From Amoebophrya sp. A120 (Eukaryota > Protista > Dinoflagellata): a stretch of 64,000 bases of DNA. This document shows, in pieces, positions 1-11,900 of this stretch; positions within the stretch are counted from its first letter, which is position 1, and each line of letters starts with the position of its first letter. A program made the translations under genes and the position numbers. The notes under the pieces are model-generated. The model was given only the letters and a program-made list of their open reading frames with translations, was not told the DNA's origin and searched no databases. The stretch covers positions 502,475-566,474 of the forward strand of contig CAJINV010000019.1 of the NCBI GenBank assembly GCA_905178155.1, written 5' to 3'.

Positions 1-2
1 CA

Positions 3-1610
3 GGAGGGGACGATGAACACGCGTCGCCGACGCAAGTTTTTCAAAGCTGGCCCGTCGACGGTGAGTTCCAACAGGACACAGCCGACGACGACCTCCTGCT
101 CGACCAGGAATTGCTTGGAATGCTGAATGGCACTGCTTCAACATCCCGTGGTGATTCTTGCACTAACTCGCCCACGCCTTTTCACAACTACACGCCCCAG
201 TTTTATTCCCTCTCCAGGCAATCGACGGAGGAAAGCCAAAGATCTTCGAGTTCAAGCTCCGGCCTGCTCGGTAGGGTCAAGCACGTGCAGTCTTGCCCCG
301 CGGATCTGTACCGCATTGTAGAGGATGTGGAGGAACTGGAACAAGACGCGGATTTCCCCCACCCCGGAGCCACTGGTGCGTATCCACAAATTTGTCAACT
401 CGAATCCGATGCGACTCCGATCGTTGAGGACGCGCGGCTCCGTGCCCGCTTGCAACAGTCCGGCAAATCGTTTCTGTGCAGCAACTTCAGTCCGGAATGC
501 GGGCGGGATGGCTACTGCTATTGCCGCGAAGGGGCGGATACGGGTGGTGAAGAAAGGATGATGTTGGCGAATGACACAAGTCCTGCGTCAGATCATGGAG
601 TTGTCAAAGATGTTGCCGAGGAGGATTCTTCTATGTTGCAGGCGAGAGGGGAGGATGCAGCGGGAGGTGCAGATGGGGAGTTTGACACACCGAAGCCCGA
701 CGAGCAGGCTGACCAGGTCCAAGAACTCGAGAAGCTCCGGCAAACGCTTTCGCAGCGACTCAGCCGTGGCTCGATGCGGAGCTGTTTGTCTTACTCCGGC
801 CCGAGCTCCCCCGTGTTGGCACGGCAGCAGAGCGGGGGAAGCGATCATGGAGAAATTATTGGCACGACGGACGGAGTGCTACCGACCGCCGCGATGTCGG
901 CTACTACTCCGTCAATCGCGTTGGCGGAAGAGATTTCCGGCGACACCTCCACTTTTCTCCACAAAAGCATGAGCAACGTATCCAGCGAGTTTTCGTTTAC
1001 CCGCCAGTCCAGCCACAGCGAACCCACCTTCTCCCGCCAGACCAGCAGTGGGAGCGGCAGTTTTGCCCTGAACGCTTGTTCGAAACGTCAGGTATCCACC
1101 AAATCAAAAGCACAGTCCGCGCCGGTGAGCAGGCAGGGGAGCCGGCAGGCGTCGAAGGAAGCGTGCGGAAGAAGTAGGCGATACAATCTTTCCACCTCGC
1201 AGAGCGGTTCATCTGCCATAGTGGTGGGGCAACAAGGAGAAAATAGTAGAACTGGCACTTCAACTTCTACGGCCATCGTGCCGCACCAACACAACTCCGG
1301 CGTTTCAACAACATCCCGCGGCCTCCCCTTCTCCGGCCACAAAAAGTTTGCCTGCGCGGTCGGCGCGGCCGCGGTGTTGGGCGGGCTGTCGCGCGCTTGC
1401 GTCCGGCAACCGAATCCGCAGCAAAAGACTTCGGACGGGGCAAGAGCCTCGGCTTCCGCCTTCGTGCCTATTCCAGGAGAAAAAGAACGCAGCGGGAAAA
1501 GCGTGGCGGTGCCGAAAAAACAGGTCGACCATGGGTTGGGACCAGTGGGGGAGCGAGGGTACTTTAGGGTTTTGTACTACTGCGTGCGGACGATTTTTGC
1601 TAATGCATGA
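3..1610 (+). CDS. 5'-partial hypothetical Ser/Gln-rich low-complexity protein with a C-terminal hydrophobic stretch
   Basis: Frame is open from base 3 to the stop at 1610 (ORF 111..1610 extended upstream); no recognisable domain; no introner inside. Confidence 0.65.
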   Translation, partial: GGDDEHASPTQVFQSWPVDGEFQQDTADDDLLLDQELLGMLNGTASTSRGDSCTNSPTPFHNYTPQFYSLSRQSTEESQRSSSSSSGLLGRVKHVQSCPADLYRIVEDVEELEQDADFPHPGATGAYPQICQLESDATPIVEDARLRARLQQSGKSFLCSNFSPECGRDGYCYCREGADTGGEERMMLANDTSPASDHGVVKDVAEEDSSMLQARGEDAAGGADGEFDTPKPDEQADQVQELEKLRQTLSQRLSRGSMRSCLSYSGPSSPVLARQQSGGSDHGEIIGTTDGVLPTAAMSATTPSIALAEEISGDTSTFLHKSMSNVSSEFSFTRQSSHSEPTFSRQTSSGSGSFALNACSKRQVSTKSKAQSAPVSRQGSRQASKEACGRSRRYNLSTSQSGSSAIVVGQQGENSRTGTSTSTAIVPHQHNSGVSTTSRGLPFSGHKKFACAVGAAAVLGGLSRACVRQPNPQQKTSDGARASASAFVPIPGEKERSGKSVAVPKKQVDHGLGPVGERGYFRVLYYCVRTIFANA

Positions 1611-2463
1611 CAGAAGATGTTGGTTCTTGATAATGCATTGTAGCATCAATAAACGAGAAGTTGAAGTGAATATTATATTGGAAGAAAACCGACCAAATCA
1701 GGCCTGCACTGGCCGACTTGAGCAAAATTGGGCTGCCAGTATCGCAGCAACCGCTAGAGAAAGACCGGGCGTGCCGGACGAAGCTGTGCGGGCCGGTGAC
1801 CAAGCGCGGTAGCCGGTTGAAACGCGAAAACGCAAAATGCTCCATCACCTCGGACACTGGTTTGATGATTCGCGCCACGAGCGGCGTCTTGGCGGGCAGG
1901 TTGATTCGACAGGTACTGTTATTTTGTCAGATAGATGAAACTGGCTTTGTTACCGTAGTTCCTTGTGATGCATTGTTCCTGCACCAGTAGGCTACTTCGG
2001 CGAGTACTACTTAGATTGCAGGCTGTTTTATCGGATTATGTAAACTAGACAGTCGGACGTTGTTATGCGATTTCTACTTGTTTGATTTTTCCGCAACTGA
2101 AATTTTTTCAGGCTGCCTGCGTGTTAGCTTCTTTCGGTGCGGGGACAGTTGCGAACGAGTGGTTCGTGGCCTTTCTCTATCACACCGAGAGAATCGAAAT
2201 CTCTTCTCAGTGGGAGTCGCAGCTCTACTCATTTGCATCAGAAACAGCATTTGCAGAATTTGAATCACAAGAACTTAGGTTCGTCGAAAACTTCTTTGTA
2301 GTTTCTTAGGACGATATTGTCATCAGCAACGAGCATGGTTACTCCAGCTACACTGACGCCACCCGAGGAGAAGTTCCTTGATTTCGCTTTCATACTCTCG
2401 AGGCGCTGGATGACGCGAGCACGCAGCAGGGAACAGCTATAAGCAGTAGTTCATCATCCGGAG

Positions 2464-2725
2464 TATCAACTGTAAAAATGTCTGGGTCTGGAAGAGTGCG
2501 CGATTTGTCACGTAGCTCTTTCATGACCCATGAGGTCTGTAATGCAGGACCTAACGTGACAGATTCTGTGCACTCTCTCTCATGCCTATCCTGCATGAGA
2601 AACTCCCTCCCGACTTGGTCAAAACTGGACGACTTTTGGTAATCATGCAACACAGATTTTTGCATGCTTCAGATTTAGCATGACAACTTGCATTCTTCCA
2701 GACCCAGACATTTTTACATTCGATA
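2464..2725. mobile_element. Introner family A
   Basis: ~30-bp TIR tatc..tgtaaaaatgtctgggtctggaaga; DR cggag/cggag; may lie in a 5' UTR. Confidence 0.9.
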
Positions 2726-2768
2726 CGGAGCGGCGATCGTCGATGCGTTCGCCGAACAAGAAAACGGT

Positions 2769-4361
2769 ATGAAACCAAAAGCTGCACAAACGCGACCTTC
2801 TCCGGAACAAGATGAAACAAGCACGGACGAGCCAGCTTCCGCGTCGTCGTCCCAGCAGCAGGACCAGGACCTTATTACCGCGAAAAAGAAATTCGCGACC
2901 AGTCTGCAACAACCGACGACCGGCGGAGGCCCGGCGCAACAGCAACAGTTTTCCTCGATTTCTTCCGACCCCGCAGCTGCTCCGGAGTTTGCCCCGATTG
3001 AAAAGATCACCTCCAGTACCAGCACCGTTTCCGACGATCTGGCAACAGCTTTGACGAACAAACTCGCAAAGAATGCAGGTGATTTTCAACTACAGCAAGT
3101 GCCAGACGTCAATTCCGGGCACTCGGAGCTGTGCCGCATTCTCCACGACACCTGCGACATGTCCGACGTGTGGGGCACGATAGAGGCGGGAATTGCCGCG
3201 GACCAGATCTTTTCCAGGATCGTGAAGCCCATGCTGATATGCATTGCAAATATGTCTGGGTCTGGAATAAACTTGTGATGCAAGAAAGAAAATAGTGAGC
3301 GCACAACTCCAGTGCGCTGCTCAGCACGACAAGTTTTGCCGTGGTTCTGAGTTGCGTACTCCGCATGAGAAGCTGCGTGTTTGCATGACAGACAAGAGGA
3401 GCTCTTCGCGGCCACGCAATACAGAGCGCAGATTCGTGCCGAACTAGCATGACAAATCTCGCAATCTCCCAGAGGACCTAGACATATTTGCATTTGATAG
3501 CTGATTGCCGGCCACGCGAGCAAGGCCATGTCGCAGACGGTGGAGATTTTCACCGAGGGGGTGTCGCTCTACCTCGTGCAGAATGTCGTACCTTTGATCC
3601 AGGGGGCAGCCACCGGGGAGAATCCCCTCAGCTTGGACGCGATCACCGATGTGAAGGCAGCGGCGTCAATTTTGTTTCTCGCCGGGGTAGCGGGGGTGAC
3701 GGAGGTGGTGGTACAGGAAGTGCTGAAAAAACCAATACAAACACTGGAGTTATACGAGAAGCGAATCTTGCGTTTTCTGGTGAAGTGTAGACGCCGGTTG
3801 GGCACAACTTCCACCACTGCAACTTCTTCTGGGGGTAGTAGTTCCTCGGAGGAATTTAACAGGGATATCTGGAGCAAATTTTTCCAGGAACTCGCGACTG
3901 AGCGGATTGAGGAGATCGAATTGCACCAGCTGGAGGACTATCAAATATAAAATGTCTGGGTCTGGAAAAATTCATGTTTGTCATGCTTGTCCGGCATGAC
4001 CCCTAAATCTGTCATGCACGTTACCAGAGAGCTCCGTTTTTCTGTGATGCAGAAGCGCAGTTTGTCATGCAGAATAGGCAACCCGAGGAGCTCAGAAACT
4101 TGTCATGCTGAGCCAGCATTTGTAGCCTCATCATGAGACGCCACCCAGCATCACAAGTTTCCAGACCCACACATTTTTGCACTTGATAAGGATAGCGAGG
4201 CGGGATCTTTGCTCGAGGCGGACGGTGCTTTCGGCATGTGCGAGGAGGATGTTGCGTCCCTGGAAGAGTACGATGAACTCCTCGGTGGGTTTGAACAGTG
4301 GTCGCTGTTTGGAAATGGTGCGAGGAACGAAAGCAGTGAGCCGGTCCGCAGCAGTCCGTAG
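2769..4361 (+). CDS. Hypothetical protein interrupted by introners at 3238 and 3939; start codon uncertain
   Basis: Removing element + one DR joins KPML|IAGHASKAMSQ and QLED|SEAGSLL, ending at TAG 4359-4361. The frame also runs across the 2464 element back to an in-frame TGA at 2379; the first ATG is 2769. Confidence 0.6.
3238..3499. mobile_element. Introner family A
   Basis: TIR; DR gctga/gctga; frame restored. Confidence 0.9.
3939..4188. mobile_element. Introner family A
   Basis: TIR; DR aggac/aggat. Confidence 0.9.
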
Positions 4362-5918
4362 CGCCTTGAATAGGTTCGGACTGCGAGGGTGATCGGGGAA
4401 GAATTTTAGGAATTTAGGAACTTTTTCCTATTTTTGTTTGAGAATACAGAAAATTACTTCGACGTAAACACGGTTGAAGACAAAAAGTATCTAAATCATC
4501 ACGTGCGGAAACCAATAAAAGAAGCCGGCGTTTTCTTGCATGAGGTGCAAGAAATAAGTGATTTTGAGTGGTTACTGCAAAATCTCTATCTTTTTCTTTT
4601 TCGAATGTCAGTCACGTACTTCCGAAGAAGGCATACTACAAGTAGCATTCCAAGAATTTTCAGGCTGCTGCTTTTTACCGAAAACGTCGACAGCAACCAC
4701 ATTTTCCGCCAGCTATTTGAATTAAAACCAAAGCCAGCGCCTTATTGCCTGGAAAAACTAGTACAAAATGTTTGCCCTCTACGATCAGCACAACCGGGCG
4801 TCGTGGCGGGGAAGCAAGTTTTTTTACAGTTTTGGCAAGAATATCGCTATCACAAGAACCTGCATCAGCCACCACTTTCATGAGCGCTTTTTGTCCGTGT
4901 CGGTAAGAAAGAAAAACAATCTTTCCGACGGACTCATCTTCCTTTTCTTGCGCGATTCAGGGTTCTTTTTTGAATTCGAATCCTGCAGAGCTTAGAGCTT
5001 CTTTGCTAATGTTGATCTCAGATACATCATTTTCCTACGCTATCTGCACTGGGCATGATCTTGTTCAGTGCCACGCAATGGTTGAAACTTCAATGATTTT
5101 GAAATTGTATATCACTCAGAACTTTATTTATTACAGAATTTTCAGAGTATTTTTCGTCAAAAGCCGTAGAAATTTAACGAAGAATGGCAACGAAAAGGAA
5201 TACAGACGAATGGCCGTGGCTTTCGGAGGAATAGGGACGCCTTGTTGCCACGAGACGATATGCTACACTTGTTGGGAATAAAGATCACTTTTGTCAATGC
5301 AAAACTGTACTTTGAAACTCTACAGATATTGTCGCATCCAGTTTGGGAAAAGTCACTGCGCTTATCAATCAAATCCTAGAAGTAAGAAACCGTTTTCATA
5401 TACCAGATAGCTGGATGAAGTAGCGCATCAGATAGGACAGGAAACGCAACGCGAGCGCAAGCGCATATAAAAAAACTAAATCACAGTTCATTGTAGTGAA
5501 GTGCAACATGATCAACAAAAGCCGAACTTCTGACCGGGAACAACTCACTGCCGCAACAGGCATAGGCGGGAAATGTAAGAACTCTGTTCATATCCTCCGC
5601 TTTATCTGCCGTTTACGTTTCGATTTCTCGCCCTCGAGTGCAAGAACCTTGGATTTTTAGCATTAGAGGGTAATTGTGCTGCTGGAAGGCGAGGGAAGAG
5701 CGAGAGCGAAGCTGTGATGAGTGAAGCCGTACTACATGAGGAGATTTGGTTTTTCGTTTTCAGTCTTGTTCGTTTTGCTACTATAATTACTTGCTTTCGT
5801 TTGATTCAGGAGCAGTGCGCATTTTTTCGGCAGAGAAGTGGTCATGACGCTGCGGAACAATCTTATACAAAACTACGCTTATTGACCGCACTACTAGCGG
5901 CGATCATTTTTGAGAAAA

Positions 5919-8900
5919 ATGTCCGACGAGCCTCCGTATCCTGTGCAAAAGTATCGTACTCGTAGTAATCGCAGTCATGCTTGACAAATCTCCTGCCCAA
6001 GGCCAATCAGCATGACAAACTCCATTTGTAATGCTGAGCGAATCTGTATTGCAATTACTACTAGTACGATACTTTTGCAGTGCATACTCCGCCGCCGGCG
6101 GAAGAGGCTCCGGCGGAGGCCCCCGTACAACCGGCTGAGGCTGCTATACCAGAAGAAGCGGCACCGGCGGGCGACGCGCCGGCAGCAGATGAAACTGCCG
6201 CTGCTTCCCCGACAGGTGACGCAGCTGCACCCGCGGAAGCCTCGGTTGCGGAGACATCAGTGGCAGATGCCGGCACACCCGGGACCGACGCCCCGGCAAC
6301 CGGCTCGGTTGCCCTCGCGGGCGGGCTGGGGGCGTTGCGAGCGGCGTCGAAGCTCATGCGACGGACTAGTGCGGGTAATCGCGTGTGGACCAAGGGACAG
6401 CGAGTCAGCGTAGATTTGAGCTCGGCGCAGGGGTCAAAGGTAGTAGAACTTGTTTTTCATCGTGCTCACAAATGGAAGTTACTTGCAGAGGAGCAGTTTG
6501 AATGAAGGAAGTCATTTCATAGTGATGCGAGTTCTATTGTACTGCTTGATGTACATACGATGATATGCAAGAAATAAAAAACATCAAACAGGACCAGCCA
6601 GACGCGGAGGCGGCGCGACTGAGAGCCAAAGAGGCAGAAATTACGTACGTCGATGGAGAGGGTGAGTTGAAAACTGTGTTGCGCGACAAGGATCAACTGC
6701 CTATGCAGATTATGCATCGCAAATATGTCTGGGTCTGAATTTTGGATAGTGCAAATATCTGCGTTGCACGATCTCGACCAAAAGCTGTCCACTTTTGACC
6801 AAGTAGCTGAGAGGGAGTTTCTCATGCAGACGAGGCATGATAGAGGTCAGACAGAATCTGTCATGCTGGGTCATGTATGACAGACCGAGGTCCTGGAAGA
6901 CCTGCATGACAAGTCTTCCAACCTTCCAGACCCAGACATATTTGCATTTGATACAGATCTCCAGTTTCGAGCGGGTGGATGGTTTCGACTTTACCCTGGC
7001 AAAGGTATCTATCTTCACTGCTTCTCGAGTAGATCCTTCGTGTTCAACAACTTGTCTTGCAGAGTATGCATTCTTACGAGGTTTTGTCATGCGGGAAGCG
7101 CATTATTGAAATAGAAATACTTTTTTCACAAAAACAGAATTCCACCTGGGTGTCCGGCACTGAAGTTGCGTTTATCAACGGCCACTCCGTGATTCTGTAC
7201 GACGTCGTATCCGAGGAGCAGAGAATACTTCACGGCAAGGACAGTGGTGGCGTTGGGGCGGTGCAGATCTCGCCTGACGGCGCCTACTTGGCCATCGCGG
7301 AAAGCAGTATGGTTTTTGTTTCGATTCTGCTGTTGCATAAATTCTGAAGAGCAGGATCGTTCTTGAGCCGCATGCACGGATGCTGTACCATGCAACTACG
7401 CAAAGAAGGATCTATCAGCATGATTTTTGTACCAAACATCTATCAGGTATCGAGCCCCTCGAGCAGCCGCCAAGGATATTTATCTACCAATTCCAGACCA
7501 TGAAGGTGCACCGGGTACTGCGGAAGTGTTCTGAAAAGGGCTACGTCGGCGTTTCCTTTTCCCCGCACAACGAGGATCAGCTGGCGTCCCTCGGGGCGTT
7601 TCCAGATTACTTGTTGACGGTGTGGAACTGGAAGGCGGAAAAGATCATGCTGAAGTGTAAGGCGTACGGGCAGGACATCTTCCAGGTACGATGGGGCCAG
7701 TTCCCCGGGCAGCTCGTCACCACCGGTGTCGGGCACATAAGGTTCTGGAAAATGGCGACCACCTTCAGTGGGCTCAAGTTGCAGGTATAGTAGTGGAGCT
7801 TTTTGTCATGTTGATGATGTTGGGAGAAGTTCGTTGTTGCACCATCATTTTTTATTTTTTCCGTGTGTAAAGATGTTGCACATCGCAACTGGTTTTAGTA
7901 CTATTTTTACAATTTATTTTGCACGACTAAAATAAAAATTATCCCTCAGGGCGCCCTGGGTAAGTTTGGTGGAACGGAGCTCTCCGATATTCAAGGCTAC
8001 GTGGAGCTGCCCGACGGAAAAATCGTGACGGGGTCCGAATACGGCAAGCTGCTGTTGTGGGAGGGAGTTTTCGTCAAGTGCGAGTTTGTCGACACGGAGG
8101 GGAAAAACGCCCACGTGGGCAATCTGAACGTGGTGTTCCTGGACGAGGATAAATATGCATTGCAAATATGTCTGGGTCTGGAAACTGGGAACTTGTAATG
8201 CTGGCCTTACATTCCTGTGAAATCTGTATGCATGACCAGCAAAAGTCGCAGCGTCTCTGATCATACGAAAGCGCAGTTTGTCATGCGGAGTGCGCATGAG
8301 AAAGCGTTCTGCAAACTTGTCATGCTCTCCTGCATAAGGAAGTGTCTTCAACATGCACATGTTCGCATTACAAATTTCCAGACCCAGACATATTTGCATG
8401 TGATAACAAAAATCTGAAGACAAAATACGTCGTCTCCGCGGGCGAAGACGGGTTCATAAGGTGGTGGCCGCTTTTGGAAATCGACGCAGCGGAGGCGGAT
8501 TACGATTCAGGTATACTTATACTACAGCTGGGAGTGTTTTTTTTTAATTGCAGGTTTCTTTGCGTGAAATAAAACTTTCCGTTGAAAAAACGCGAATCAC
8601 GAGGGTGTGCTTACTTTTATGCGATCCTTCACAGCAATCACGCAAAGAGTCTTTTTTTGCATCAAAGAATTGAAACAAATCGTGAAAACCCCAGGCTCCT
8701 TGAACGTCACAATCCCTTGCGTGAAGGAAATCGAAGTGCCGCACTCGCCTATCCAGAAGGAAGATTTGCTCGGGTTGTTCTTCTTTGTGGGAAGAAATTT
8801 GCAGATCAGGTTTAGTTCATTTTCGCGGTGGGAATCGAAACGCTTTGAACACAAAGACCTTGCATGTAGTCTACGATTTTGTTTTCACTTGCCATTTTAA

Positions 8901-11900
8901 GTCGGGAAAATTTCGATGCGAATCATTGCAATATGCACGAAGGGAGAAAAGAATGCATGCGTTTTTTCAAAAAGTGAAGTTTTGCTGCACAGTGATTGTA
9001 CTATCAACAGGAAGATACCCCAGTTTTTTTCCCTTTCCATACCTCCTTACCCGGCCTCCATTCAGTCCCTCGCGGTGAGCAAAGACAAAACCAGGTGGGT
9101 GATACAGGACGACAAGAACGGAATTCTCTGGCACTACAACGTGGGCACCAACGAGTTCAAACAACTCTTGAAATCGCACTCGGGCCCGATTTCTTCCGTC
9201 GTCTCGCTACCGCCGTACTTCGGAGGTGTCATCACCGGCGGGGCCGAGGACGGAACCATATGGATTGTAAAAGTGTCTGGGTCTGGAAACTTGTGATGCT
9301 AAAATGTGCATGATGAAAACACTGCCGAATGCAGTCCGGCATGACAACTTCCCAAAACGCTTTCTCATAGGCAATCCGCATGGGAAGCTGCGTTTTTGCA
9401 TGACAAAAGAGGCTGCGACCGTTGTTGGTTGTGCAATACAGATTTTCTAGGTATGGAAAGCTAGCATGACAAGTTCCAACCTTCCAGACCCAGACATTTT
9501 TGCAATCCATAAACCATTCGGCTCTACAACGTGACGGAGGACCAGTCCGTGTCTTCCTCGCTAGTCTTCCAGTCGACGGAGGGCAATCCCTACCCCAACA
9601 CGGGGATCTGCCAGCTGGTGTTACCCCCCCTCGCCGTGGACCCGAGTTGCCGCACGGTCACGGTCGGTTACACCAACGGTGTGATAAGAACCTTCACGCT
9701 CTACCACGGCGCGTTTGTCCTCCGGGAAGCGCTGAAGCCGCACGCAAACGCGAAGATTTCCTCCATGGGTTTCAGTATCAAATGCAAATATGTCTGGGTC
9801 CTCTGGAAGATCAAGGTTGCGAGACTTGTCATGCTAGTCTGGCATGATTCTGCGCTCCCTCTGTATTGCGTGGTCACCAAGAGGTCCTCTTGCCTGTCGT
9901 GCAAAAGCGTAGAAGTTTCTCATGCAAAATAGGCAGTACAGAAGCACAATGAAAAAACTGGTCATGCTTAGCGGCGCATTTCAGAGCACTTATTGTGCAC
10001 GGACTTGCATCACAAGTTTCCAGACCCAGAAATATTTGCAATGCATATTCAGTCCCAACGCGCAATTCTTCGTCTCGATCGGCGAGGATCTGACCGCGTT
10101 TTTCTTCACCGTGAACGCCGACAACAGCAGTCACGGCGGATCGTTGCTGCTGCCCTTAGGGTTTGTCTCCTTCCACTCCAAGTGCCTCTCCTTCTCCTGG
10201 CATTCGAGTTCCGCGAAACTGCTACTTTCCTTCCAAGACGGTACCGTCGGGGAGATTCAAACGCCGAACCTATCAACTGTAAAAATGTCTGGGTCTGGAA
10301 GAATCCAACTTGTCATGCTGATTTTGGATTCTAAAAAAATCTGTATTGCATGAGCAGCAAAGAGAGTCCAAGTTTTGCTACACGGAAAGAGCATTTGTCA
10401 TGCGGTATAGCCATCAGGGAGCCCTCACAAAATCTGTGATGCTAGGGCATGCATCACAGAGATCAGGAGTCATGCAAAATGTGCATGACAAGCCTGGCAA
10501 TCTTCCAGACCCAGACATTTTTACATCTGATAGAACCCAAGTGAGATCGACACGCAGGACAGCTTCGAGATCCAGTTACCACACAAACTCTGGATGTATC
10601 CTGTGTCAAAACGTCCCCACCCCATAGTCAAGTTGGTAAATCTGCAACACAAATCTCCAAGTTTTGGGAGTTATGCATGACAAGTCTCCAGTTGTAATGT
10701 AATCGTGTTTAGCAAGGACAGCCGCATCACAAAGACGCATGCTTGTCCTGTTTACAGCATTACAAATCTCATAACACGACTACAAAGTCCAAGTCCTCTC
10801 ATGCAGATGCGCATTGCAGATGTTTCTGTGGAGGCAAATCTGCATGACAACTATGGGGTGAGGACGTTCTTACTTAGGATAGGATGCCGGAAAGGTTCAT
10901 CCCTGCAGAGCCGTCGAGCGCCGAGGAGGAAGTGGTCGAGGGAGAGAAAAAGGAGGGCGAAGAAGAGGGCGAAGGTATTACGATGAAAAATTCCCCCAGC
11001 CCCGAACTTGAGAGCATCTGTATAGCAAACCTTTCCAAATGAAACATTCGCCCTCTTGCATCTATCAGCATCACAGATTTCCGATCGTGAATAGCAATTT
11101 GTATTGCAAAAGATCCCAGCAAGAGCGGCGTTTCCGTTTGTCATGCAAGCGGTGCGAAACACGCCTAGACTCTGCATCAGAAAGATTCGTACTCCTTTCA
11201 TGCATGACAAAAAGTTTTCATTTGGAAAATTCGCATCACAAATTTTTGCACCTTTGGGGGTGGGGGCGATTTTCCTCGCGATAGAAGGAGAGGAAGGAGC
11301 CGCTGAGAAGCCGAAAGCCGTTGTGGAAGCCGCGGTGGCGAAGCCGAAAAAGGCCAAACCCACGAAGAAGAACACGATGGGCGAGGAAGTTGAGGAGGAG
11401 GCGGAGGCGATCGAAATTGTCGCCGCAGTCTACAGGAACGACGACACAGTGCTCTTCGCAGCGACGGGAGAGTATAGTGAAGTTTTAACATCTGATTTTT
11501 GCGTTGACTGGAACGCAATCACAAATCGTTTATTCTGCTTTATGGGTCCTCGCGTCTATACAAGAAGATAGAACAACTACCTATGCATCCATTCGAAAAT
11601 TATTGAAATTGCTCGGGATCGATCGTTCATTCAAAAGATTAAATGCAAAAAAAAATTCTCTAGGTACAAGCAGTACCTGTACTGCATGTCCGTAGCCTCC
11701 TCCAGTTCCGAAGAAGGCCAGTGGATTCCCACCAGCACGAAATTCGGTGCCAAGTTGTACAACAGTATGGCGTATCCGAAAACGAAATTCCCGGAAACCA
11801 CCATCGTTACCTGCATGACTTTATCCCCCCAGGCGGATCTACTCATGCTGGGCTTCAAGGATTCCAGGGTGTGGCTGGTGCCACTCGAGCACGGGGCGGA

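Noticed and set aside
7771-7778. ggctcaag as a dinoflagellate spliced-leader relic
   Set aside because: Only 8 nt and inside CFAP44 coding sequence; no full leader seen
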